Of a DNA stretch of 64,000 nucleotides, positions 1-11,955 are shown one piece after another. Both the position numbers and the translations under genes were made by a program. Location: contig OZ024743.1 in assembly GCA_964016885.1 (NCBI GenBank), positions 297,228,001 to 297,292,000 of the forward strand, written 5' to 3'. Each line of letters starts with the position of its first letter. Within the stretch, counting starts at the first letter, position 1. Below the pieces are notes generated by a model. It was not told where the DNA came from, searched no databases, and saw only the letters and a program-made list of their open reading frames with translations. The DNA comes from Eledone cirrhosa (Eukaryota).

Positions 1-716
1 GTATACATATATGTATGTATGTATACATACATACTTACATTTTCGTAACTGCCGTACTAAGAGTGAGAAATGAAATTTCATTTCATTCTATTCCATTTAT
101 ATATATATATATGTGTGTATGTGTGTGTGTGTGTGTGCGCGTGTGTGTGTATGTATGTATATGTGTATATATATTTATGTATGTACATGTGTGAATGCAA
201 GCACACAAGCTGTATGTGTGTGTGGGAGTGTGTAGGTCCACGCAGATAAGTGTACGATTAATGGCTCGGAATGCCTGTATATAGGTGTGAGCACATGTGC
301 GTGTAGGTGTATATGTATGGGGAGGCTGCCAAGCAAGGGATTGGCATGGGAATTCATAAAGACTATACTACACACAGCAGTAATTTTGCCAATGGGATTG
401 GGATGAGTGACAGCTGACGCCTGAATGGAGATGGCCAGTGGGCAGATTTCAGTGGTGAAGAACTATGATGACGTCACGAACCATTGACCAATCTAAGGGC
501 CGCGCAAACAGGATGAAGGCAGATGATAAAGACTCGAAAGGTCGGAGCCCTGCAGAAAGAGAATTTGCTTCGAAATCACTAGACGTATCTGAGGAACTTG
601 CGAATCCAGAGTCAGGTTCGATCCACAAACAGATCGCACCTCGAGCTGTGCTCCGGAGAAACAATTGTAATACGTGATAAATTGAGTTCAGATGCATCAC
701 TGATTCTTCGTTTTCC

Positions 717-798
<82 letters not shown>

Positions 799-1671
799 AG
801 AATATATATATATATATATACATTCTAAAATAGATATGTTCACCTGCCTCTATACATAATAATTTTATTATAATCCCATATATGACTTCAAATTTTGGGG
901 AAAGAAATATTCATTTTAATCTAATAATGTATTTTCTGTAAGGAAACATTTGCATTTACTACTATTGAGGAATATGTAACTCCTAGTCATACAGTTAAGA
1001 TCTTCAAAATACCAAAATCCATGTTCATAACTGACCTCTACTTAGAATACATTTCCTATGTCAACAGCTTTACAAGGGATTTTCTGTAATCCTGCTTTTT
1101 ATGTTTTGTTTGTAAATATATTATATTTGATAATTTGATATTTATATTTTTATGTTTAACTTTTATTTTATTTTATTCTATTTTTTATTTATTTCATTTA
1201 GCTATTTTATTTATTTATTTATTTATTTTGTTTTTGTAAAAGTAGGTATATGATGAAATTGTTCTTATCTTAGAATTATTGAATTTTGACTTAGATTTTA
1301 GGAGAAATCCTTTAAAATGCTTCTATGAAAAAAAAAATTAGAATTGAGTGAGTATTGATTTAGTTTGACTGTCTGAGAAATCCAATTAAGAAATGACTGA
1401 GGATTCAGCCTCTTGACTCTCAATTCAAGTACTGATATCATTAATTGTTCATAAGTAAGTGAAACAATGTTTTTCTTTCTTTTTTTTTTTTTGCTATTAA
1501 TGTTAAAATCAGTATTTTAAAATTTCCCCTTTGCTGGTTGCTGTATAATGGTAGAGAATTAAACTCAAAATACTAAAGCAAACAGGATGGGTGTAAATTT
1601 ACTTTCGAAAATTTGCTACATGATAAATGAGATGAAAACGGTTAGAAGTTATTTATATATATATATATATA

Positions 1672-1705
1672 CCGTAAATACTTAAATATAAGCCGACCCC
1701 TTATT
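1672..1705 (+). mobile_element. Possible Tc1/pogo (Tigger-like) terminal fragment
   Basis: TA followed by CCGTAAATACTTAAATATAAGCCGACCCC resembles pogo/Tigger-type termini (TA-CCGTATATACTCGAGTATAAGCCGACCC); no matching second TIR found. Confidence 0.3.
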
Positions 1706-2603
1706 CTTTGTCAGAAATGGGCAAAAATCCAAACCCCGTTTATAAACTAAGGCAGCTGTACTACTGTTTGTTTTTTCAGCAGTATCTATTACTTTTAATT
1801 TAAAAGAAGCAGTGTATCCACTACGTGTTTTTAACTTTTTTTTCAGCCATCAGATACTTTTTATCTTTTTTGGTAGGGTGCAATGAGAAAACAAATGAAT
1901 AATAAATACCGGGTTTTGAACCCAGATAGAAACCTGTTACACATGCAAGATAATCACTACAAGGTATGAACAAGACCCCCAAATGAAAATAAGACAACCC
2001 CTCCAACATTGTTAGAAAATTTTATTTCTTTATAATTAACAAATAAAAAGCATGAGAAAATTCTAAATTTATATAATATAAAGAAATGGAGATATATTTT
2101 CAGTTTAAGGTATTATTTAAAAAAATAAAGATTTTGTTTTACCATTATAGAGATCATTAAAAACACTAGGGGAAGATCGAAATGAATAGAGGATAGTTGA
2201 AAGAGATCAACAAAGAGAATACTGTAGAAGGAGGAGAAAGAGACAGCAAGTGAGAGAAATAAAATGAGTGAGCAAAATAAAATGAAACAAGATTGAAAGA
2301 AAAAGTACAATTAAACCACAGAGAAAAACTGTCAGCACACGTGTGCATGTGTATGCATGTATGCATATATGTGTAGGAGCTATTTATGTATTTTAAAAAG
2401 CATAAATAATAAAATTTTGTTGGGAATGTTCTCAAGGCAATGCATAAATAAAACTCATGACAATATAGTAAATGTAGAAAAATAGTGTATCATTGTGAAA
2501 TAATCACTCCAGATATTTTAACAACTTATTTACGTAGAATTTATATTTGGTGAAATCATCAAAATATTGACCCCAAATATTAATGACCTTCCCCCTGTTT
2601 TAC

Positions 2604-4419
2604 CATTGACTTTTTTGTCACATATTCCTTGGCTTATATTTGAGTATATTATGCCAGTCTTGTTTGTGCCATCCTTCTTTCCATAACAAATCACAAAAAC
2701 TACAAAAAATACAAAATAGTACAGTTTGTAAATACTGAGGCTGCACATTGAAACATAATATTTAAAATGAAAGACTGCCTCGATATATAAGGGGTTCAAT
2801 GTATTATGACAGCAAATTCCAACAGAGAAACAAGTTGTACACCAACCATTAGATACAGCCTATCAGTAATTATTTTATGGTGTAGTTAAATCCTGCTTGT
2901 GTAGTTCTAAATTAAATTTTATGCAGGGAATTTACTTTGTGTCAATTACTACATGTACTTACATTGTACCTGATAGTTAAAATACTTAAAACAGTCATAA
3001 ATTCTTTAAAATAACCAAATGCTTTTCAGACTCAGAAAATACCAAACACTGGGTCATAGCACATGCTTAATGATTTGTGCACTTTTCTTACAATATACCA
3101 TGCAAGCCAAAGTATGTTGGTTTATTTTGGTATGGGATTGGATATTTCCACATGATCAGATTCCTATACCCGATTGTTCTGTTCAAGCATTTACTTGATT
3201 TTGAATTCATGACCCAAATGACTAAGACGTTTTCTAATTCTTTCAATTGGTCATCTCATCTCTTTAGTATGTTTACATCTACGACAGCAAAATAAAATTT
3301 CCCCAAGATTATTTTCAATCACTGACCTCTAATAAATTCTAAAAATTATTTTTCCATTCCCTTCTTAAATGTAATGTATTTTTGTTTGTTTTTGAACTGT
3401 GTTTGATAATCCCAATACATCTATTTGTTCTTGAAACATCTCATACATCCATTTGTTCTTGAAACAAAGACAGTAAATTGGCAGGGTTGGTCTTTAGAGC
3501 ATAAGGACAATATGTATTATGGTATTTGTTCTGGCTCTCTATGATCTCGAATCCTGCTAAGGTCAACTTTGATCCTTTCAGGCTAGATAAACTAAATGCC
3601 AGTCCTTAGTGGGAGATTAGTAGAATTGTTAGAATATCAAACAAGTTGCCTTGCAATATTTGTTCTGGCTCTTTTCATTTAAACAATTCTATCTGGATGG
3701 TAGACTTAATCTGTCATCTAGTTTAAATAAGCACCTGGTACTTAGGTACCTTTGCAGGGTCAACTTTGTTGCAAGAATTCAGACTAAGATTCTGGTATGA
3801 GGATATATTCCTGTCTACCACTCACCAGTTGCAGAGACCCTGAAGAGTGTCATGGATACTGCTATTCTTTGCCTGACTAAAGAGTTTAAAAAAAAAAAAA
3901 AAAGCATGAAATAATACACCCCAAATTTATCTAACATTATCTCAAATTCACCCTGTCATATTTTCACACACTCACTAACACCTGTATGTTAGTCATTAAG
4001 TTGTAAGTTAAAAGTTAAAGACAGTCCCAAGATCAGGGTTTCATCAGGCTGGGGCTTATAACAGTTATATTGGCATTAAGTGACTGAGAACACATTGCAG
4101 GATTAACTCCCAGCTGCTATTGGTAATAACTTTTCAGTGAAGTAGACTGACACAATGTGAAATGAAATGTCATTCCAGAACACAATGTGTCACATGGTCT
4201 AGGAATTCAACCCATGACCCTAAAATCCTGAGTAACACCCGAACCACTAAGTTGCACACATTCACTATTAAGTTGTAAACCTACAAACAAAACAACCTAA
4301 CCTACTGTGAGATTAAAGAAATGGACTCGACAGACTATTGTAAATAAGCAACATGCCTCATCAAGAGTTTGGTTGGAATCTTGCTTGAAAGTCTCCCATT
4401 TTGTAGTCGGCAGTTATGC
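2604..4419 (-). pseudogene. Candidate three-exon fragment of an unidentified glycoprotein-like (pseudo)gene: exons 4419-4302, 3278-3099, 2699-2604
   Basis: Each segment has a pyrimidine-rich AG acceptor and a GT donor, and the phases chain (0-1, 1-1, 1-1). The joined ~130 codons contain two stops and several N-x-S/T sequons. No homolog recognised. Confidence 0.28.
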
Positions 4420-5590
4420 CTGAGATAAAATTGTTAGTATGCCTGCTTCATAGGAAATATAACCAGTCCAAAGGGTTATAAAACCTTAGAATGCTTCTAA
4501 TCTATTTAGCAAAACATAAATCTCACAGCATCCATTCAACAGGTGTCTCTTTATAAATTATTGTAATTTCATCTAATTATATTCTGAAGGTAGTTACTTA
4601 CAATAGTTAATCATTTAAAAATAGATTTAGTAAAAATTAATTAGTAATTTGGATCAAATAGACAACAGTTACATAGTTCCAAACATTTAATATGACTTGG
4701 CTATTAACAAACTTTACCCGCATCATCATCCTCATCAACAACATCACCACCGCTGCCACCTCCTTCACAATCACCTCCACCACCACCACAAGTTTCACTC
4801 ACTAGGTCAATCTGAGACTACAGAAGAAGCCTCTTACCCAAAATGCAATGCAATGGGATTGAATCTGAAATAAAGAGGCTGCAAAGAAAATCCTTTAACC
4901 ACACAGCCATGCCTAGTTCATATTTATATTACGAAATTAGAATCTAAACTGAGAGCTTGTTCTTGTGTAGTTTACTACAAGCTGAAACATAGAAATAGAA
5001 TAAGTAATTGACATGATTGTAATTTAGAAACTTTATCAACTGACATAAGCATTTAACGATGTGGCTTTTATTAATTGGTTTGTAGTTGGTGTAATGTAAT
5101 TAATGTTATGCTGACCTCATGTATCATATACTTAATATCATCATCATCGTCATCATTACCAATCATCATCATTATCATTGCCACTGTCATCAATGCAATC
5201 TTTATTTGTAACATACTATTGCTCAACATTGGCAAAAAATTGGTAGAGTTGTTAGAACATTGGATAGAAAGCTTTGTGGTATTCATTCTGGCTCGCTATT
5301 CTCTGAGTACCGAGTTTAAATCCTGCTTGGGTCAACTTTGCCTTTCATTCTTTCAAGGTTCATAAAAAAAGTACCAGTCAAGTACCATTCTTCCTCTATA
5401 ACTCTTTCTCATTTACACTCTTCCTCTGGAATAAATCAGCTGTTATGAGACCTGGAGAGAGGTGGGCAACGCCAGATTTAAAATGCCTAAGACATGCTAT
5501 GCTCTATGGCATGATGGCGCACTAGAGGTAAGGAGGGGACAGACAAGCCTTCTGATTTTTCACTACTATGTATATATATATGTATATATT

Positions 5591-5889
5591 GAAGGCGCAT
5601 GGCTTAGTGGTTAGAGCATTGGGCTTGCAATCGAAATGAGATGATAGGACTGGGGTCCCTATCATTCCACTGCAAAGTGGTCGTGGAGGTGCCACGGAAA
5701 AAAAGCACCCAGCACTCACTGTAAATGAGATTGGTGTTAGGAAGGGCATCCAGCTGTAGAAATCAAGCGAGAATCAGTTCCCGTATGAGCAAGACAAAGT
5801 CAGCCGACTGGACACTGCCCACTACAGGACGACCCGTCTAACCCATGCTAGCGTGGAAGAACGGACGTAAAACGGTGATGATGATGATG
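5591..5889 (+). mobile_element. tRNA-derived SINE (family 2, RTE-like tail), internally deleted
   Basis: Head GGCGCATGGCTTAGTGGTTAGAGC (A box), tail GGTGTTAGGAAGGGCATCCAGCTGTAG...(ATG)n; matches the fuller copy at 56399-56748. Confidence 0.8.
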
Positions 5890-5931
<42 letters not shown>

Positions 5932-5994
5932 ATGTATGTATATATATATATATATATGTGTGTATGTATGTATGTATATGTATATATATATATA

Positions 5995-6776
5995 TCATCA
6001 TCATCATCATTTTACGCCTGCTTTTCCCTGCTTGCAAGGGTTGGACGGGTCCTATTCAGCACAGCATCTCTCCACTTGCCACGGTCCTTCGTCATCTCCC
6101 CTGTGAGCTTCAGCAATCTGAGGTCTGTTCTCACCACCTCCGCCCATGTTTTTTGTGGTCTACCTCTACTATGTCTTCCTTCAACTGGCATTTCCTGGCA
6201 CTTCTTCACCCATCAGTCATCCTCCATGCGCATCACATGTCCATACCACCGCAGTCTCCTCTCGCACACTACATTCTATCCCTCTCAGACACAGTTTCTC
6301 TCTCAACACATCCATGCTGGGTCATTCACACACATTGACATTGCACATCCAACGGAGCATACTTGCCTCATTTCTCTCCAGCTGTCGCATATCCTCTGCA
6401 TTTGCTGCCCAAGTCCTACTACCATGCAGCAACGCGCTCCTCACAGAGGCATCATATAACCGGCCTTTCGTACGCAGGGGTAAACCCTTCTTCGTGAGCA
6501 GAGGAAGCAGCTCCCTAAACTTCTTCCAACCATCCTTATTCTAGAATCTATGGCCTCGGAACACCCCCGCTCCAATGCTAATCTGATCTCCTAGGTACCG
6601 GAAACTATCAACCACTTCTATAGCACCCACCTGCATTTGAAAATTGTGTCTATCAATGCGACTTCTACTGTCTAATTTCCCTGTACATCTACTGCATACG
6701 TATTTCTCCCTACCTGTTAGTTTGTCTGTTATCCCACTACATCTCTTGTGTACTCAAATTCTGCATTGTGTGCATT
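5995..6776 (-). mobile_element. 5'-truncated RTE LINE (family A)
   Basis: Minus-strand ORF remnant KKCQEMPVEGRHSRGRPQKTW; homologous to 19652-20947; (ATG)n tail; (TA)n on both sides. Confidence 0.9.
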
Positions 6777-6791
6777 ATATATATATATATA

Positions 6792-7075
<284 letters not shown>

Positions 7076-7085
7076 AAGTGAGTTT

Positions 7086-7166
7086 GTTTCCTGATGAGTT
7101 CGAAGCTCGAGAATTTATCCTTGATAGGATGTTTCCGAAAGCCGACGTAACCATAAGGGTAGAAAC
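7086..7166 (+). ncRNA. Type I hammerhead ribozyme, degenerate copy
   Basis: GTTTC-CTGATGA-stemII-GTAA-CCATAAGGGT-A-GAAAC: core GAAA mutated to GTAA and stem III mismatched. Confidence 0.75.
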
Positions 7167-7775
7167 GTAATCCTGGTATGTTTATATGCATTTTTTCTTC
7201 TAACTTTAATATTATACCTAATTGTGTATGGTTGACGGTATATTTAATCGATTTCCACGTGCTATTGAAATGTTGGGTAAATATTCTATAGTGGTTGATC
7301 ACGAATAAATTGCTGTCGTTTATTTATCTACTATTTCTTCAGAGGTGCCTTTTTATCTTATAGCCTGGTTTAATTGTTTTTTTGTGTGGTTGATTATGCT
7401 AATTGGGAGAGGAAATGGTGTATATATATTATCAAATGATTCTATGGACATACTTCATAGTATATTGCTCTGATTATTTAATTATTAATTCATCATTGAG
7501 CCACATCATGAATGGTTGTCAAAACATATATATCTGTGACTTTGTCTAGTTTGTGTATATGTAAATCTTTATATGTAAATCTTTTGATAATCTCCCATAA
7601 GGTTGAGATGCAATTTGGGCAATATTGGGCCGCGCTTTCTAGCAACCAGCCCACTCGCCGTAAGCCACCAATCACATTCTTTCTGACTTGACCACTGCCA
7701 CGTCACAGTTCTTAGCCATTTTGAATTCGTTTCTGGCGGGGATCACTTAAGAAAATTCTTTGTCCAAGTGAGTTT

Positions 7776-7856
7776 GTTTCCTGATGAGTCCGAAGCTCGA
7801 GAATTTATCCTTGATAGGATGTTTCCGAAAGCCGACGAAACCCTAAGGGTAGAAAC
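7776..7856 (+). ncRNA. Type I hammerhead ribozyme (intact core)
   Basis: Stem I GTTTC/GAAAC; core CTGATGA; stem II GTC...GAC with inner ATCCT-TGAT-AGGAT hairpin; GAAA; stem III ACCC-TAA-GGGT; GUA site (cleavage after 7851). Confidence 0.92.
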
Positions 7857-8468
7857 GTAATCCTGGTATGCGTATATGCATTTTTTCTTCTAACTTTAAT
7901 TTTATACCTAATTGTGTATGGTTGACGGTATATTTAATCGATTTCCACGTGCTATTGAAATGTTGGGTAAATATTCTATAGTGGTTGATCACGAATAAAT
8001 TGCTGTCGTTTATTTATCTACTATTTATTCATAGGTGCCTTTTAATCTTATAGCCTGGTTTAATTGTTTTTTTTTTGTGTGGTTGATTATGCTAATTGGG
8101 AGAAGAAATGGTGTATATATACTATCAAATGATTCTATGGACATACTTCATAGTATATTGCTCTGATTATTTAATTATTAATTCATCATTGAGCCACATC
8201 ATGAATGGTTGTCAAAACATATATATCTGTGACTTTGTCTAGTTTGTGTATATGTAAATCTTTATATGTAAATCTTTTGATAATCTCCCATAAGGTTGAG
8301 ATGCAATTTGGGCAATATTGGGCCGCGCTTTCTAGCAACCAGCCCACTCGCCGTAAGCCACCAATCACATTCTTTCTGACTTGACCACTGCCACGTCACA
8401 GTTCTTAGCCATTTTGAATTCGTTTCTGGCGGGGATCACTTAAGAAAATTCTTTGTCCAAGTGAGTTT

Positions 8469-8549
8469 GTTTCCTGATGAGTCCGAAGCTCGAGAATTTA
8501 TCCTTGATAGGATGTTTCCGAAAGCCGACGAAACCCTAAGGGTAGAAAC
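8469..8549 (+). ncRNA. Type I hammerhead ribozyme (intact core)
   Basis: Same sequence as 7776-7856; predicted cleavage after 8544. Confidence 0.92.
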
Positions 8550-9161
8550 GTAATCCTGGTATGCGTATATGCATTTTTTCTTCTAACTTTAATTTTATAC
8601 CTAATTGTGTATGGTTGACGGTATATTTAATCGATTTCCACGTGCTATTGAAATGTTGGGTAAATATTCTATAGTGGTTGATCACGAATAAATTGCTGTC
8701 GTTTATTTATCTACTATTTATTCATAGGTGCCTTTTAATCTTATAGCCTGGTTTAATTGTTTTTTTTTTGTGTGGTTGATTATGCTAATTGGGAGAAGAA
8801 ATGGTGTATATATACTATCAAATGATTCTATGGACATACTTCATAGTATATTGCTCTGATTATTTAATTATTAATTCATCATTGAGCCACATCATGAATG
8901 GTTGTCAAAACATATATATCTGTGACTTTGTCTAGTTTGTGTATATGTAAATCTTTATATGTAAATCTTTTGATAATCTCCCATAAGGTTGAGATGCAAT
9001 TTGGGCAATATTGGGCCGTGCTTTCTAGCAACCAGCCCACTCGCCGTAAGCCACCAATCACATTCTTTCTGACTTGACCACTGCCACGTCACAGTTCTTA
9101 GCCATTTTGAATTCGTTTCTGGCGGGGATCACTTAAGAAAATTCTTTGTCCAAGTGAGTTT

Positions 9162-9242
9162 GTTTCCTGATGAGTCCGAAGCTCGAGAATTTATCCTTGA
9201 TAGGATGTTTCCGAAAGCCGACGAAACCCTAAGGGTAGAAAC
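9162..9242 (+). ncRNA. Type I hammerhead ribozyme (intact core)
   Basis: Same sequence as 7776-7856; predicted cleavage after 9237. Confidence 0.92.
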
Positions 9243-9538
9243 GTAATCCTGGTATGCGTATATGCATTTTTTCTTCTAACTTTAATTTTATACCTAATTG
9301 TGTATGGTTGACGGTATATTTAATCGATTTCCACGTGCTATTGAAATGTTGGGTAAATATTCTATAGTGGTTGATCACGAATAAATTGCTGTCGTTTATT
9401 TATCTACTATTTATTCATAGGTGCCTTTTAATCTTATAGCCTGGTTTAATTGTTTTTTTTTTGTGTGGTTGATTATGCTAATTGGGAGAAGAAATGGTGT
9501 ATATATACTATCAAATGATTCTATGGACATACTTTATA

Positions 9539-9607
<69 letters not shown>

Positions 9608-9619
9608 CGAAATCCTATT

Positions 9620-9654
<35 letters not shown>

Positions 9655-9658
<4 letters not shown>

Positions 9659-10118
9659 AAGAGTGAAGAATAAATGGTCAACAGTACAAAAAAGGTTTTA
9701 TTTACAGTATTAACAATTGTTTCATTGATTAGAGTGTCTAAAAATTGTTAATCACTTGAAGTTGAGTCACTCAATTTTAAATACAATGTATGCCTAATCA
9801 AATCATCGGAATAACTGATTAAAATTATACACGGCGTTTGTAATATACTAAGAAAATTCAAATCACATCAGTAATAAAGGAAGAAAAAGAGAGTGAGAAA
9901 AATAAAAAATAAAAAAAATAATAAATAAATAATAATAAATAAGTTAGAATGAAGATGATAAAAAATAAGTAAAAAAATATATGTGTGAAAAAAAGTGAAC
10001 ATAATATGATTGTTGAAAATAGTTGTGGTGGTGGTGGTTAAAATTATAGTGGTGTGTACGTATAAAGATGTGATGGTATAAATATGAAAATATTAAATAT
10101 ATACACGAAAATCCTATT
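9655..10118 (-). mobile_element. Probable Penelope-like 3' end/pLTR fragment with hammerhead
   Basis: Minus-strand HHR followed by AATAAA; about 10017-10105 is the reverse complement of about 63908-64000; inserted in (TA)n. Confidence 0.6.
9708..9813 (-). ncRNA. Type I hammerhead variant (core CCGATGA)
   Basis: Minus strand: TATT-CCGATGA-T-TTGATTAG...CTAATCAA-T-GAAA-CAATTG-TT-AATA; palindromic stem III ACAATTGT; U4 changed to C. Confidence 0.65.
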
Positions 10119-10186
10119 ATATATATATATATATATATAGTAAATGATTGAAGAATAACATGGATCAGCTGTACAATAGGGTTTAT

Positions 10187-10275
<89 letters not shown>

Positions 10276-10312
10276 CGAGTAAGTATGTTTTGAAATAGTG
10301 AGCAGGTTTGAA

Positions 10313-10510
10313 ATTAGAAAATAGAATAGCTTTCACCGTATTTTCGACTAAAGAAATTTTAGCCTGATAGTGGGGTTTAGAACCCCCAGATAAATGGAAA
10401 AATGTACATCAATACTCATCTTTTTCCATTTATCTGAGGGTTCTAAACCCCACTATCAGGCTAAAATTTCTTTAGTCGAAAATACGGTGAAAGCTATTCT
10501 ATTTTCTAAT
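10313..10510. repeat. Near-perfect palindrome (90-bp arms, 18-bp loop), MITE/fold-back-like
   Basis: 10313-10402 is the reverse complement of 10421-10510, with one mismatch seen. Confidence 0.9.
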
Positions 10511-10517
10511 ATATATG

Positions 10518-10597
<80 letters not shown>

Positions 10598-10601
<4 letters not shown>

Positions 10602-10754
10602 ATCTGAGTTTTTTGAATATTAATAATAACATTCGCCGAACTGCAGACACTAATGTTTCTGAGTATCACCCTTCATAAGTACAGCTCACTATTCACCTGC
10701 TAACTGTGAGAGCTAGTGAAAATATATGATATTTTCTAAAATATACAGTGACTG
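10598..10754 (-). mobile_element. Partial copy of the TIR element at 13756-14109
   Basis: Begins TGTAATCTGAGTTTTTTGAATATTAATAATAA (same TIR); 10638-10754 is a diverged reverse complement of 13857-13973. Confidence 0.75.
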
Positions 10755-10770
10755 TATATATACATATATG

Positions 10771-10927
10771 ATTCAGGCCCTCTCGTTGATGGATGGTAAA
10801 GACATCACAGCAGGCATGCATGAAGAGTTCTACCAATTCATCAGTGGTACCTTCGATAAACCCCGTTTCAACACTGATGCTCCAGTCAATATCCGGGCTC
10901 TTTTCTATGTACCAGAATACAAACCAA
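10771..10927 (+). pseudogene. TRAP1: Isolated, damaged exon of TRAP1 (mitochondrial HSP90/HSP75)
   Basis: [52 protein letters not shown] aligns with recalled human TRAP1 [56 protein letters not shown]. Conserved W is S and about 4 codons are missing; GT donor (GTACGT) at 10928. Confidence 0.85.
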
Positions 10928-11251
10928 GTACGTATTAACCAGAGTTACAACTGGGAGGGTAGGAGAGGGAATGAAAGTGGGGGGTGAAAGATAGTGTCAC
11001 CACTGAGAGGGTAGAAGGAGGGTGAAGGGTGTGGACAGTGTCACCACTGAGAGAGTAGGAGATGAAGGACTCACAGCTGAGAGGAGGATTGGGGAGTGAA
11101 GGACGGTATCACAATTGGGAGGAGGAGGGGAGGGATGAAGGATCGAGTTGCAATTGAGAGGGTGAGAGGAGGGTGAAAGGCAGTGACACAGAGAGGAAAG
11201 GTGGCAGTGAAGGTCTGTTAAAACTGAGAGGGTGAAGGAGTGAAGGGACAT

Positions 11252-11445
11252 TAAGGAAATGCCACTGGAGGGAAGCCAAAGTAGAGATAGACCAAGAAAG
11301 ACCTGGGGAGAAGTGGTGAGAGCTGACCTCAAATAGCTGAGACTCACAGAGGAGACGTCAAATAAATGAGGTATGTGGAGAGATGCTGCGCTGAGATGGA
11401 CGCATCCAACCTATGCAAGCGTGGAAAAGCGACGTAAAAACGATG

Positions 11446-11447
<2 letters not shown>
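11252..11447 (+). mobile_element. Short RTE LINE 3' fragment
   Basis: Degenerate EMPLEG...RPRKTWGEVVRADL followed by an RTE tail ending in ATG repeats. Confidence 0.7.
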
Positions 11448-11481
<34 letters not shown>

Positions 11482-11955
11482 TATAGAACTATCTAAAATA
11501 AGGTTCAGAATTAACCAAAAGGAAAGTTTTAGTAAATTACTTTAAAATAAAGAAACCTTACCCCAGGGGTAAACTTCTTATCAAGTGATATAAATCTAGA
11601 GGGCTTAACAAAATTTTCCCCTTACTACAGTTTCATAAGTAACAGAATTTGCCATCTCAATCAGTTGAAATAGTTATTTCTGCCAGAATCTGTTTGATAA
11701 TCAGAGAGTATTTCTGTTCCATAGTAAGAGAGATAAGATATATTTACATGTTACAGGACCCCACGTACGCCCTAAATAAGACCTGCATGGTGCACAATAA
11801 TGTGCGTGTGCACAGAATTATTAATAGAATAAAATAAATATTTTTACTAAAAATCTTCTCTGAATTATATTCTAAGCAATATTATTTAATGAGATGTAAT
11901 GTATATTACTGACTAATTTTTGAATAAATATATATATATATATATATATATACAT

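Noticed and set aside
7493-9061. Three repeated 60-aa minus-strand ORFs (MIGGLRRVGW...)
   Set aside because: GTG start, short, no recognisable motif; repeated only because the array unit is repeated.
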